A stretch of 55,136 nucleotides of DNA from a virus (IMGVR_UViG_3300020441_000006:1-55136), one strand, 5' to 3'. Positions 1 to 9,710 are shown, counted from the stretch's first letter. The notes: generated by a model from the sequence alone, not told the origin. A program made the numbers and translations.

Positions 1-537
1 TATACACGTTATTATTTTGATTATAATGGCGAAAGATTAGGAGAAAAAATTGTAGGCTCTGGCATAGAAGGTGAAGCAAAACTTTACACGCCAGCCACTG
101 GTTATTCTACTTTTTTAGATAGTGCGACTAATTCGATGTATCCGGGCAGACACTCTACCCCACGAATACATGGAGATCCAATGCGGTTGGTAAATCCTCA
201 AGAAGTATATGAGCCAGACATTCAACCACATGCAGAGCCAAAAGAGCCAATACGGCGATTACCGCCAACACCGACAACTTTATCTCTTACTGATACTATT
301 ACAGATAATATTTCTACCGCTACGGGCGGAGGTTTAGGTGGTTCACCTGTTGTTGAAAAAGATAGTGTAAATGTAACAGAAACCGTTTCACCAACCACAT
401 TTGATACTGGTAATATGGTTGTGGATATGGGTGATGCTTTATCTGTTGCTAACAGTCCATTTACAAATCAAGCTGACAAAACTGCTGCACAAGATTACAT
501 AAGCGGTATAGTTAGCAATATAAGAATGCCATTTTAA
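1..537 (+). CDS. Hypothetical protein, 5'-truncated
   Basis: Frame 1 is open from base 1 (YTRYYFDYNG...) into ORF 136..537. Confidence 0.75.
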   Translation, partial: YTRYYFDYNGERLGEKIVGSGIEGEAKLYTPATGYSTFLDSATNSMYPGRHSTPRIHGDPMRLVNPQEVYEPDIQPHAEPKEPIRRLPPTPTTLSLTDTITDNISTATGGGLGGSPVVEKDSVNVTETVSPTTFDTGNMVVDMGDALSVANSPFTNQADKTAAQDYISGIVSNIRMPF

Positions 538-544
538 GGAGACA

Positions 545-688
545 ATGATGAAAAATATGATGATCGTTTTTGTTGTAAGTATGTTTTGCATTTCCTGTTC
601 TTCAAGTAATATTTCTGTAACAGCTAATATTCCTGAAACACAAGAAGTAGATATTCATATTAAAACAAAAGACAAACAAACAAATTAG
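545..688 (+). CDS. Small putative lipoprotein (47 aa)
   Basis: Not in ORF track; SD aagga, MMKNMMIVFVVSMFCISC-SSS has a hydrophobic stretch and lipobox-like Cys. Confidence 0.65.
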   Translation: MMKNMMIVFVVSMFCISCSSSNISVTANIPETQEVDIHIKTKDKQTN

Positions 689-694
689 GAGAGT

Positions 695-901
695 ATGATG
701 GAATTATTAAAAGTAGTGAAAGATTTTATTCTTTCTATTCCTTCCAGAGTTGATATCACTTCACCTGTTACATGGGCTGGTATTGGTATCGGAGTTATTG
801 GTTTGTTAATGGTAATCTTAGGCAATGTTGCTTTAGGTTTATTAACAATAATAGCTGGAAGTTTAGCATTATTTATAATCGAAAAAAATAAATCTAACTA
901 G
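695..901 (+). CDS. Small membrane protein, 2 TM
   Basis: SD ggag; two hydrophobic segments. Confidence 0.75.
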   Translation: MMELLKVVKDFILSIPSRVDITSPVTWAGIGIGVIGLLMVILGNVALGLLTIIAGSLALFIIEKNKSN

Positions 902-909
902 AGTTAATT

Positions 910-1389
910 ATGCTATCACTTTTCGGCAGTTTGCTCGGCTTCGGAACTTCTTTTCTCCCCACCCTCTTGGGATTCTTCGAGCAAGGGCAGAAAAATAAGC
1001 ACGAGTTAAGGCTTCTCGATGCGAAAGCCAAGCACGCAGAAGTTCTCAGTAAGTTAAAAATTGATGAATTAGATGCACAAGCTGATGTATCGGAATCCGA
1101 AAATCTTTATAAACATGCAGCGGAAATAGCACGAAGTAATAAATCTTCTTTTATTTCTGCTTTACAGGCGTCCGTTCGTCCTGTAGTAACATACTTCTTC
1201 TTTATTTTATTTGCGACAATTAAAGGATTGGCTGTCTATGTCGCGGTTCAAGAAGGAGAAGATGTATCTCAAGCTATATTAAGTAGCTGGGACGAGGAGA
1301 CAAAAATTTTATTTTCAACCGTCATTTCATTTTGGTTTGGCCAACGTGGAATGCGCAAAATTAGAGAGGCAATGAATGGCAAAAGCTAA
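910..1389 (+). CDS. Holin, GTA-type 3TM family-like
   Basis: N-terminal amphipathic segment, coiled region, SVRPVVTYFFF and VISFWFGQR motifs. Confidence 0.7.
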   Translation: MLSLFGSLLGFGTSFLPTLLGFFEQGQKNKHELRLLDAKAKHAEVLSKLKIDELDAQADVSESENLYKHAAEIARSNKSSFISALQASVRPVVTYFFFILFATIKGLAVYVAVQEGEDVSQAILSSWDEETKILFSTVISFWFGQRGMRKIREAMNGKS

Positions 1390-1582
1390 AACAAAAAAAA
1401 CTACGAAAAAAGCACCAGCGAGAAAAAGAGCTAGGACATCTAAAGGCAGATTTGTAGCCGATGATCCATCTACTCCTGGTAATGAAGCTTATGTATCCGA
1501 GAAACAACCTTTTAATAATAAATGGTTAGTTCCTATTTTAGTAATCGGATTAGTAGTAGCAGTATTCGTAATACAAGGTTAA
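1376..1582 (+). CDS. Basic small protein with C-terminal TM
   Basis: RARTSKGRFVADDPSTP..NEA motif, hydrophobic tail. Confidence 0.7.
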   Translation: MAKAKTKKTTKKAPARKRARTSKGRFVADDPSTPGNEAYVSEKQPFNNKWLVPILVIGLVVAVFVIQG

Positions 1583-1586
1583 CGGA

Positions 1587-3077
1587 GTGATGTCTCAACC
1601 CGATTGGGGCAAACTAGCGGAGGGGCTTTCTGGCGAGGAAGCTCGCCGCGCTCTGAAACTTAAAAAGAAACTTAATCAGTTAGAAGACAGAAGACAAAAG
1701 CAAGATACTTTTATTCCTTTTGTTAAACATATGTGGCCTGATTTTATTGAGGGTGAACATCATAAAATATTTGCTAAACAGTTAGAAAAAGTTTCTCAAG
1801 GTAAGTCCAAAAGACTTATTGTGAATATGCCACCCCGACACACTAAATCCGAATTTGCTAGTGTGTATTTCCCGGCATGGATGATGGGAAGAAATCCTAA
1901 ATTAAAAATTATTCAAGCGACACATACAACGGAACTTGCCACAGGCTTTGGTCGTAAATGTAAAGCTCTCGTGCATAGTCCACAATTTCGTGAAGTTTTT
2001 CCTGAAGTAAAAATATCTCCAGAGAGTCAAGCAGCTGGTCGATGGAATACCGTAGACGGCGGAGAGTATTTCGCTGCGGGTGTTGGAGCCGCGATCACGG
2101 GACGGGGCGCGGACTTACTTGTTATTGATGATCCGCATTCTGAGCAAGATGCATTAAGTTCTACTTCGTTTGAAGCATGTTATGAATGGTATACTTCTGG
2201 TCCACGACAAAGATTACAACCCGGAGGATCTATTGTTATTGTTATGACGCGCTGGTCAACAAAAGATTTGACAGCTGAAGTTTTAAAAATGCAATCACGA
2301 AAAGGAGCAGATCAATGGGAAGTTATAGAGTTCCCGGCTATCTTTGAAGATGATAAAGTGTTATGGCCTGGATTCTGGACACGCGATGAACTAGAAGGTG
2401 TTAAAGCTTCTTTACCAGTGTCCAAATGGTCAGCACAGTGGTTACAACAACCAACAAGTGAAGAGGCATCTATCTTAAAAAGAGAATGGTGGAAAGTTTG
2501 GGAAAAAGAAGATCCTCCTCATTGTGAATATATTATTCAATCTTATGATACTGCATTTCTAAAATCTGAGCGTGCTGATTACAGTGCAATTACGACATGG
2601 GGTGTTTTTTATCCTACAGAAGATGATGGTCCTAATATAATATTATTAAACAGTGAGAAAGGACGATGGGAATTTCCTACATTAAAACGCAAAGCGCATG
2701 AGCATTATATTGACTATGATCCTGATATGGTGTTAATTGAAGCTAAGGCGTCTGGTTTGCCTTTAACACAAGAGCTAAGGAATATGGGAATACCCGTTGT
2801 TAACTTTACTCCAGGTGGTAGAAGATCAGGACAAGACAAAGTTGCAAGGGCTAATGCCTCTGCTCCAATGTTTGAGTCTGGTCTTGTTTGGCATCCAGAT
2901 ACAGACTGGGCTGATGAATTAGTCGAGGAATGTGCATCTTTTCCGAATGGTGATCATGATGACTTGGTAGATTCAACAACTCAGGCTATATTACGCTTTA
3001 GAGAAGGAGGTTTTGTTCGTTATCCGGAAGATGAAATGGATGAGGAATCACCTCCATCACAACGCATTTATTATTAA
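1587..3077 (+). CDS. terL: Terminase large subunit
   Basis: NMPPRHTKS Walker A variant, LLVIDDP Walker B, MTRW, nuclease motifs QSYDTA, IEAKASG, FPNGDHDDLVD. Confidence 0.97.
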   Translation: MMSQPDWGKLAEGLSGEEARRALKLKKKLNQLEDRRQKQDTFIPFVKHMWPDFIEGEHHKIFAKQLEKVSQGKSKRLIVNMPPRHTKSEFASVYFPAWMMGRNPKLKIIQATHTTELATGFGRKCKALVHSPQFREVFPEVKISPESQAAGRWNTVDGGEYFAAGVGAAITGRGADLLVIDDPHSEQDALSSTSFEACYEWYTSGPRQRLQPGGSIVIVMTRWSTKDLTAEVLKMQSRKGADQWEVIEFPAIFEDDKVLWPGFWTRDELEGVKASLPVSKWSAQWLQQPTSEEASILKREWWKVWEKEDPPHCEYIIQSYDTAFLKSERADYSAITTWGVFYPTEDDGPNIILLNSEKGRWEFPTLKRKAHEHYIDYDPDMVLIEAKASGLPLTQELRNMGIPVVNFTPGGRRSGQDKVARANASAPMFESGLVWHPDTDWADELVEECASFPNGDHDDLVDSTTQAILRFREGGFVRYPEDEMDEESPPSQRIYY

Positions 3078-3092
3078 GTAAAGGAGTATAAA

Positions 3093-3497
3093 ATGCCAAG
3101 AGTCGGAAAAAAACATTTTTCTTATAATGAAGAAGGATACGAAAAAGCAAGAGCTGAAGCAGACAAAACTGGTAAGCCAATGATTACGGGTTATGCTGGT
3201 GGTGGTTCTGTTGAAGATCTTTTGGACGAAGGTTCAAGATTAGTATCTGATGCTGACAGAAGAAGAATCGCTAGAGAATATGATAGAGATTCAAAAGCTG
3301 CTAATAGAGATTTTACTTACGACCGAGCTAGTTATATTGAAGATATGACTAAAGGATCCGGAAGAAAGTTTTCTGAAGGTGGATCTGTCTACACAGAAGA
3401 AAAAACAGTTAAGCAACCAAAATCTGCTGGTGGTAAAAGTACCATGAGAGGTATGGGAGCTGCAACTAGAGGTGGTAAATTTTCTGGAGTATTCTAG
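3093..3497 (+). CDS. Hypothetical virion-associated protein
   Basis: SD aaggag; MPRVGKKHFSY start; YAGGGSV and FSEGGSV motifs; RGMGAATRG tail. Confidence 0.75.
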   Translation: MPRVGKKHFSYNEEGYEKARAEADKTGKPMITGYAGGGSVEDLLDEGSRLVSDADRRRIAREYDRDSKAANRDFTYDRASYIEDMTKGSGRKFSEGGSVYTEEKTVKQPKSAGGKSTMRGMGAATRGGKFSGVF

Positions 3498-3500
3498 AAA

Positions 3501-3713
3501 ATGGACATTGAAGATTTTTTAGATAAAGATAAAATAACTTTAGAAGAAGTTGTATCTAGAGTTATTTGTTTTAATAATGTAAAAGATAGATGTAAGTGTT
3601 TATCACCCTTAGATTGTAAAGATCATGGGGATTATAATATGTCGGCTTTATCGACAATACTTTTACTGCAAAATGTTCGATATGAAGCAGTAAAAAAATC
3701 GGAGATTAATTAA
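3501..3713 (+). CDS. Hypothetical Cys-containing protein
   Basis: Fills gap, TAATG-coupled to portal. Confidence 0.6.
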   Translation: MDIEDFLDKDKITLEEVVSRVICFNNVKDRCKCLSPLDCKDHGDYNMSALSTILLLQNVRYEAVKKSEIN

Positions 3714-6145
3714 TGGCTTCAACAGAGAGACCTTTTGGCCCCGGTGGAGAAGAAGAAACCGCTTTAGAAATAGAGCAACTTCCAGCTAATGGGCAAGTAC
3801 CTACAGACCTTTTAGAAGTTATTGAATCAGGTTCTTTTGAAACTGAGGATGGTGGTATAGAGTTTGGTCAAGAAGAAGTTATTCAGGAAATGAACACAGT
3901 TCCATTTGATGCTAATTTAGCTGATTATATGGAAGAAGACCAACTTCAAAATATATCTAATGATTTGTTAGGTGGTATAGAAGAAGATAAATCTTCACGA
4001 AAAGGTTGGGAAGAGGCTTATGAAAAAGGTATTAAATTACTTGGAACTTTAGATTCAGAAAGGTCAGAACCATTTGAGGGTGCCTCAAATGTTATTCATC
4101 CTATGTTAGCAGAAAGCGCTACTAAGTTTCAGGCTATGGCATATAAAGAATTATTACCGCCAGGCGGTCCAGTACGAACAATGATTATGGGAGATTCTAA
4201 TCCTGAAGTAGATGCTCAAGCAGATCGTGTTCAAGAATTTATGAATTATCAAATCACTTATGAAATGGAAGAATATGATCCTGAAATGGACCAGCTCCTT
4301 TACTACCTTCCATTAAGTGGTTCAGCTTTTAAAAAAGTTTATTACGATCCAACAATGGCAAGACCATGCGCTCGTTTTGTGCATGCTGAAAAATTAATTG
4401 TTCCTTATAACACTACGGACTTAGTATCTGCTTCACGCATAACACATCAACTTAGTATGAATGGTAACGATGTTCGTAAAATGCAATTATCTGGTGTTTA
4501 TAAAGATGTAGATTTACAAAGCGGTGGTTATGTTAGCACTAGCGAAGTTGAAGAAGAAATAGCAAAACAAGAAGGAATAGAAAGAACATCATTTGATAAT
4601 GATGTTTTTGAGCTTTATGAAGTTCATACATTATTAGATTTAGAAGGTTTTGAAGACTCTAGTAATGGCGAGGTAACAGGTATTAAAGTTCCTTACATAG
4701 TTACCCTTGATGCTGTTAACGGTAAAGTTTTATCTATTAGAAGAAATTATGCTGAAAGCGATCCTTTAAAAAAGCCAAGACAATATTTTGTTCATTATAA
4801 ATTTTTACCCGGATTAGGTTTTTATGGTTTTGGATTACCGCATATTATTGGTGGTGTTTCCCGTTCAGCAACTTCTATTCTCCGACAATTAATTGACGCT
4901 GGAACATTAGCAAATTTACCAGCTGGTTTTAAAGCTAGAGGTATTCGTATTCGCGATGACGATGTTCCTTTGCAGCCGGGAGAATTTAGAGATGTAGATG
5001 CTCCTGGAGGTTCATTGCAAAATTCATTGATCCCTCTCCCTTTCAAAGAGCCTTCAGGAACTTTGTTTAATTTATTAAAACTTTTAGAAGATAGTGGTAA
5101 AAATTTTGCGGCTATTGCAGATCATCCTTATCAACAAATGGATAAGAATGCTCCAGTCGGAACAACATTAGCAAATCTTGAACACGGAACGCGTGTTATG
5201 TCTGCTATCCATAAAAGATTACATTATGCACAAAAAGTAGAATTTAAACTACTAGGTGTTTTGTTTAGAGATTATTTACCACCATCTTATCCTTACATGG
5301 TAAATAATGGTCAATCGGAAGTAAAACAAACTGACTTTGATGACAGAGTTGATATTCTTCCAGTTAGCGATCCTAATATTCATTCATTGGCACAGCGTAT
5401 AGCTGTAGCACAAACTGAACTACAAATAGTTCAATCCAATCCTCAAATTCATGGACCTACTGGGCTATGGGAAGCGTACCGTAGAATGTACGAAGCCATA
5501 GGCGTAAAGAATGTGGAGCAGATCCTGCCTCCTCCTCAACAACCTCAACCGACCGATCCAGCACTCGAAAATGCTGCGGCATTGCAAGGCGGTCAATTGC
5601 AGGCTTTTGCTCCACAAGACCATGATGCTCACATAAAGGCACATACTGCTGCATTAGCTACACCTACTATTGCAACGAATCCACAAGTAGCGTCTGCTTT
5701 ACAAGCTCATATCTATCAGCACTTCTCATTTAAAGCGAAAGCTATGGCCTTAGCAGAATTGCAAAATAGTGCTGAATATCAACAATTAATGCAACAGTCT
5801 GGTGGCCAAATACCTCCTGAGCAACAGCAAGCTTTACAAGAAAAATTAGAAGAAGAAGCAGCGCTTGATATTGCTGAAATGACAGAATTATTTACTCAAA
5901 CTGTCGAACAAGATTTACAAATAGATCCACTTGTTCAATTAAGACAAAAAGAGTTAGAGTTAAAAGAAATGGATCAAGAACGAAAAGGGCAAGAATTTCA
6001 ACAACGTTTACTACATGATATAAGATCTGATGATGCTGATATTCAGGTTGATAAAGAAAGATTGCGATTGCAAGAAAAAAACATTGACGAAAGAACAGAA
6101 ATTGCCCAAGAAAGAATAGACGTTCAAAGAGAAAAACAACGATAG
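3713..6145 (+). CDS. Portal protein (P22-like, long helical C-terminus)
   Basis: 810 aa after terL; PFEGASNVIHP, GSAFKKVYYD, DAGTLANLPAGFK motifs; Q/E-rich barrel. Confidence 0.92.
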   Translation: MASTERPFGPGGEEETALEIEQLPANGQVPTDLLEVIESGSFETEDGGIEFGQEEVIQEMNTVPFDANLADYMEEDQLQNISNDLLGGIEEDKSSRKGWEEAYEKGIKLLGTLDSERSEPFEGASNVIHPMLAESATKFQAMAYKELLPPGGPVRTMIMGDSNPEVDAQADRVQEFMNYQITYEMEEYDPEMDQLLYYLPLSGSAFKKVYYDPTMARPCARFVHAEKLIVPYNTTDLVSASRITHQLSMNGNDVRKMQLSGVYKDVDLQSGGYVSTSEVEEEIAKQEGIERTSFDNDVFELYEVHTLLDLEGFEDSSNGEVTGIKVPYIVTLDAVNGKVLSIRRNYAESDPLKKPRQYFVHYKFLPGLGFYGFGLPHIIGGVSRSATSILRQLIDAGTLANLPAGFKARGIRIRDDDVPLQPGEFRDVDAPGGSLQNSLIPLPFKEPSGTLFNLLKLLEDSGKNFAAIADHPYQQMDKNAPVGTTLANLEHGTRVMSAIHKRLHYAQKVEFKLLGVLFRDYLPPSYPYMVNNGQSEVKQTDFDDRVDILPVSDPNIHSLAQRIAVAQTELQIVQSNPQIHGPTGLWEAYRRMYEAIGVKNVEQILPPPQQPQPTDPALENAAALQGGQLQAFAPQDHDAHIKAHTAALATPTIATNPQVASALQAHIYQHFSFKAKAMALAELQNSAEYQQLMQQSGGQIPPEQQQALQEKLEEEAALDIAEMTELFTQTVEQDLQIDPLVQLRQKELELKEMDQERKGQEFQQRLLHDIRSDDADIQVDKERLRLQEKNIDERTEIAQERIDVQREKQR

Positions 6146-6166
6146 AGAGGTCGGAGATGATTTATT

Positions 6167-7117
6167 ATGTTACCAAGAGCATTTTGGCGCGACTTATCTG
6201 TAATTGCACTATCACTAATAGTTGTTAGTTCTATTGTTATAGCTGAAGACAGCAACATAACAAATACGACTACGACGACTTCTACTGTTACTAGCAATAA
6301 TACCAATACAAATAATAATACCAATGTGAATCAAAGCACTAGCACAAACACGAATACTAATTTTAATACTAACAATACGACAATTTCTCAGACCAACAAT
6401 TCGACATCGAACAATACAAATGTGAACACATCAACGGTGACGAGTACGATTAATCAAACACAAAATGTTAACAACACTTCTTTGATAACTAACAACTCTA
6501 CATCAGAAAATACCAACTTGAATACCAATAATTCAACAAATGTTTCGACAAATACTAACAACAATAACAATGTTAGTTCATCAACTTCTGATGTCACAAC
6601 GAGCAACCAGAATGTAAATCAAAATACATCAACAAATGTGAACACAAATAATTCCACAAGCCAAAGTTCACAAAAAGTGACACAAAGAGTTAAGTCGCCG
6701 CCTCCTTCAGCGGTGGCTCCATCCATTATGTCTTATTCCCAGGACCTTTGTACTTCGGGGGCCTCATCGGCAGTCCAGACACAATTCTTTGGTATATCTA
6801 CCGGGAGAAGTGTACGGGACGAAAACTGCGAACGCTTGAAACTTTCCAAAGGTCTCTATGATATGGGGATGAAGGTCGCAGCCGTTGCATTACTTTGTGA
6901 GGATGCTCGCGTGTGGAGATCTATGATGCAAGCTGGCAGCCCATGCCCGTATAAAGGTAAGATAGGTGAAGAAGCAAAAATTGCATGGCAAGAAAATCCA
7001 CAAGACAGACCAGACTGGGACGAAGTAAAAAAAGAACTTACTGGTTATGAAATAAAAGCATATAGAAAAGGCGACTTCTGTAAGAAGTATCCTAAGCACA
7101 AGATATGTTCAGGCTAA
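6167..7117 (+). CDS. Exported protein with Asn/Thr/Ser low-complexity region and Cys-rich C-terminal domain
   Basis: Signal peptide, ~145 aa N/T/S/V tract, PPPSAVAP linker, six Cys. Confidence 0.85.
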   Translation: MLPRAFWRDLSVIALSLIVVSSIVIAEDSNITNTTTTTSTVTSNNTNTNNNTNVNQSTSTNTNTNFNTNNTTISQTNNSTSNNTNVNTSTVTSTINQTQNVNNTSLITNNSTSENTNLNTNNSTNVSTNTNNNNNVSSSTSDVTTSNQNVNQNTSTNVNTNNSTSQSSQKVTQRVKSPPPSAVAPSIMSYSQDLCTSGASSAVQTQFFGISTGRSVRDENCERLKLSKGLYDMGMKVAAVALLCEDARVWRSMMQAGSPCPYKGKIGEEAKIAWQENPQDRPDWDEVKKELTGYEIKAYRKGDFCKKYPKHKICSG

Positions 7118-9030
7118 TCACACTATTATTTTTAACGACATCTGCATGGGCGACTGATCCTGTATTCACAATTGGTTCTGATCCTATTATTGATATAACT
7201 GGAACCGGCACTGGATTAAGCCTTGGAGACGATTCGATGTCAGGCCTTAAAAATATCGGTTTCGACTTCACCTTCTATGATCAGACCTTCTCTCAAGTAA
7301 ATATATCTATGAACGGCTTCTTTACCTTCCAGTCAAATTTTTCTGTGCCTAGAGTAAGAAATTACAGATCGGAAACGCTCCCAGCTACTTCATTTAACTA
7401 CTCTGTCTTTCCTGCATGGTCTGATTATATTAGAAGGTCTAGTGGCAATCAATCTCCATACATACAAACATTTGGACAAACAGCAGATACAGATCAATAC
7501 TTTGTTATTATGTGGGACAATGTTTCTGAGTATAGTAATGGGTTAAAGAGTACCTTCCAAGCTATACTATACGAAACGACTAATGAAATTTCTTTTCGCT
7601 ATGATGAGCTGCGTATCCAGAATCACGATTTGACCATCGGAATCCAAGGTAACAACGAAGCCGTGACGTATATGCGGTATGAAGACACCAATAATACAAC
7701 TTTTATTGAGACAGATGATTTTAGTGTAAGTACAGCTATTGATGAGTCTTTTAGTAACCTTTCTTCTGAGTGTTTAATAGATGCAGATTTTAGTGAATTA
7801 TGTGATGTGTATGATTTAACAAATGATTTTGAAAGTGATAACTTTCTATACGGAGTAGATGAGGATATAATATTTGGTTATGACGAAGATGAAATGTTTT
7901 ATGGATACAATATGGGAGAGGATGAATTTGCAGACACCTCTACGATTGTTCTTGGAGTTGTTGGGGATAGGGGTTCTTTTAATTATAATGACGGTGATAT
8001 TTTTATCACTGATGATATTGACTTTGATTCGTTCATAGATGTAAACTTAGAAGATGATACATTATTTATACATCTTGATAGCGAGTACGATATTGAGTTC
8101 CTTGATCCATTGCCTGATTTGGAAGAAATCGACTTTTTAGAAATAGTCGAAATAGAAGAAGAAGAATTTATCCAACATTTTGAAGAAGTACAAGAAAGAA
8201 TGGAAGAAGATTTTCTTGTGTTTATGGAAGAAGAAATTTCTGAAGAAGAATTTGTTGAGGTTATAGAAGAGTTATTTAACGAAGAAGAAGCTATAGAAGA
8301 AGAGGAAGAGGCATTAGACGAAACCATTAATGAAATAACTCCAGAAGAAGTTGAAGAAGAACAAGAAGAAAAAGGAGCTACGAGAAGAAATATAGTAACA
8401 ACTAGAAATCTTGTTTCTAATCTTGTTTCTAGTGTTGTAAGGGGAAGTTACACTTCATCTAACAGTAACAGTGGTAATAATACAAGTTCCGTAAATGTTT
8501 CTAATACATCAATGGCAAATGTTAATTCACCGACAGTTTCAAACCAAGTAGCAGATAATCAGGTTCAAACTAATACAGTTTTACAATCTATTACAATTAT
8601 GCCTATGCCTGGAGTAGACAATACTCCTTCTGTTGTTATGGCCGAAGTTCAAGTAACAACTATGGAGAATCAGATAGAAAGTGTTACTTCTTCTGTTATG
8701 ACTGCATCGGAAGCAGACCAAGTAGCCGAACAAATTGTTTCTCAAAATATACAAGCTCAACAAGAAGAGAACCAAAGAAGTCAAAACGAATCAGGTGAAT
8801 ATAATGTGCAAGGACAAGCTAACCTTTTAGCTTTTATGGGTTATTCAGCCGGATTTAATGATTACCAACAAATGAATATACCAGATGCAGCTAACTGGTA
8901 CGAACCAAAAATAATATATGCAAATGTTATTTTAGATGATAATATTGCCGGGTATTATAATTTAGTTGGAACTAACTTAGACCAACAAGCTAACTTAATA
9001 CAAACACAAAATATGGAGTTTTTTAGATGA
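7105..9030 (+). CDS. Exported acidic protein with NIDO-like N-terminal domain
   Basis: Signal peptide ending AWA; GDD..IGFDFTFY..NISMNG..TFQAIL pattern; long D/E tract. Confidence 0.8.
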   Translation: MFRLITLLFLTTSAWATDPVFTIGSDPIIDITGTGTGLSLGDDSMSGLKNIGFDFTFYDQTFSQVNISMNGFFTFQSNFSVPRVRNYRSETLPATSFNYSVFPAWSDYIRRSSGNQSPYIQTFGQTADTDQYFVIMWDNVSEYSNGLKSTFQAILYETTNEISFRYDELRIQNHDLTIGIQGNNEAVTYMRYEDTNNTTFIETDDFSVSTAIDESFSNLSSECLIDADFSELCDVYDLTNDFESDNFLYGVDEDIIFGYDEDEMFYGYNMGEDEFADTSTIVLGVVGDRGSFNYNDGDIFITDDIDFDSFIDVNLEDDTLFIHLDSEYDIEFLDPLPDLEEIDFLEIVEIEEEEFIQHFEEVQERMEEDFLVFMEEEISEEEFVEVIEELFNEEEAIEEEEEALDETINEITPEEVEEEQEEKGATRRNIVTTRNLVSNLVSSVVRGSYTSSNSNSGNNTSSVNVSNTSMANVNSPTVSNQVADNQVQTNTVLQSITIMPMPGVDNTPSVVMAEVQVTTMENQIESVTSSVMTASEADQVAEQIVSQNIQAQQEENQRSQNESGEYNVQGQANLLAFMGYSAGFNDYQQMNIPDAANWYEPKIIYANVILDDNIAGYYNLVGTNLDQQANLIQTQNMEFFR

Positions 9031-9206
9031 CAGAAAGAACATACAAAACAAATTTAAAAACTTTTCAATATCCTTTACTTCACAAAGAAAAAGGTTTGGA
9101 TAAAAAATATAGAGGTTTTGATTATCCTTCAGTAACAGTTCATGAAGTAAGTTCTCAACTAGGTAGATACAGAGGTATAGAACATCAGGTAACTGTAAGG
9201 TCTTAA
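9027..9206 (+). CDS. Small protein with two YRG motifs (59 aa)
   Basis: Not in ORF track; ATGA overlap with upstream gene, abuts next ATG; KYRGFDY and RYRGIEH. Confidence 0.7.
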   Translation: MTERTYKTNLKTFQYPLLHKEKGLDKKYRGFDYPSVTVHEVSSQLGRYRGIEHQVTVRS

Positions 9207-9446
9207 ATGTCTGAAGAAGTTAAAGTAGTACAAGTAGAAAAGAAGTCTTGGTATAACAACGCTGAAGGCTTTGACAAGTGGAGAGTTTTTCCACGAATAT
9301 TAATAACATTATATGGCATTATGTTTTATAAAACTTGTGATTGGTTTATGACATTACCCGATCCAACTAATTCACAATCAGCTTTTGTATCTGTAATTGT
9401 AGGTGCTGGAGCGGCATGGTTTGGTTTGTATATAGGAAAAAAATAG
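9207..9446 (+). CDS. Small 2-TM membrane protein, holin-like
   Basis: DKWRVFPR, WFMTLPDPT, GAGAAWFGLY; two TM segments. Confidence 0.75.
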   Translation: MSEEVKVVQVEKKSWYNNAEGFDKWRVFPRILITLYGIMFYKTCDWFMTLPDPTNSQSAFVSVIVGAGAAWFGLYIGKK

Positions 9447-9455
9447 GAGGACAAT

Positions 9456-9701
9456 ATGAAAAATTTATTACCTAAACTTCAACAGTACATCACCATAGTA
9501 GGGGTGATCACGGCAATAGGCGGAGGTTTCTACACCTGGGGCCAGTTTAATTTGCGTCTTGATAATATTGAAAAAAGAAAATTTAAGAGTGTAAATATTG
9601 CGCCATTAGAAACGCAAGTAGATGGTATTGAAAAAAGATTAGATAGACTTGAAGGTAGAATGGATAAGATGGGCAATAACGATAATCCGTTAGCACAATA
9701 G
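9456..9701 (+). CDS. Membrane-anchored coiled-coil protein
   Basis: SD ggagg; N-terminal TM, heptads, NPLAQ end. Confidence 0.8.
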   Translation: MKNLLPKLQQYITIVGVITAIGGGFYTWGQFNLRLDNIEKRKFKSVNIAPLETQVDGIEKRLDRLEGRMDKMGNNDNPLAQ

Positions 9702-9710
9702 GAGATTAAA

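Noticed and set aside
7983-8327. Minus-strand Ser-rich ORF, and other antisense ORFs inside late genes
   Set aside because: Shadow of GAA-rich codons; no SD; fully overlapped by well-supported genes
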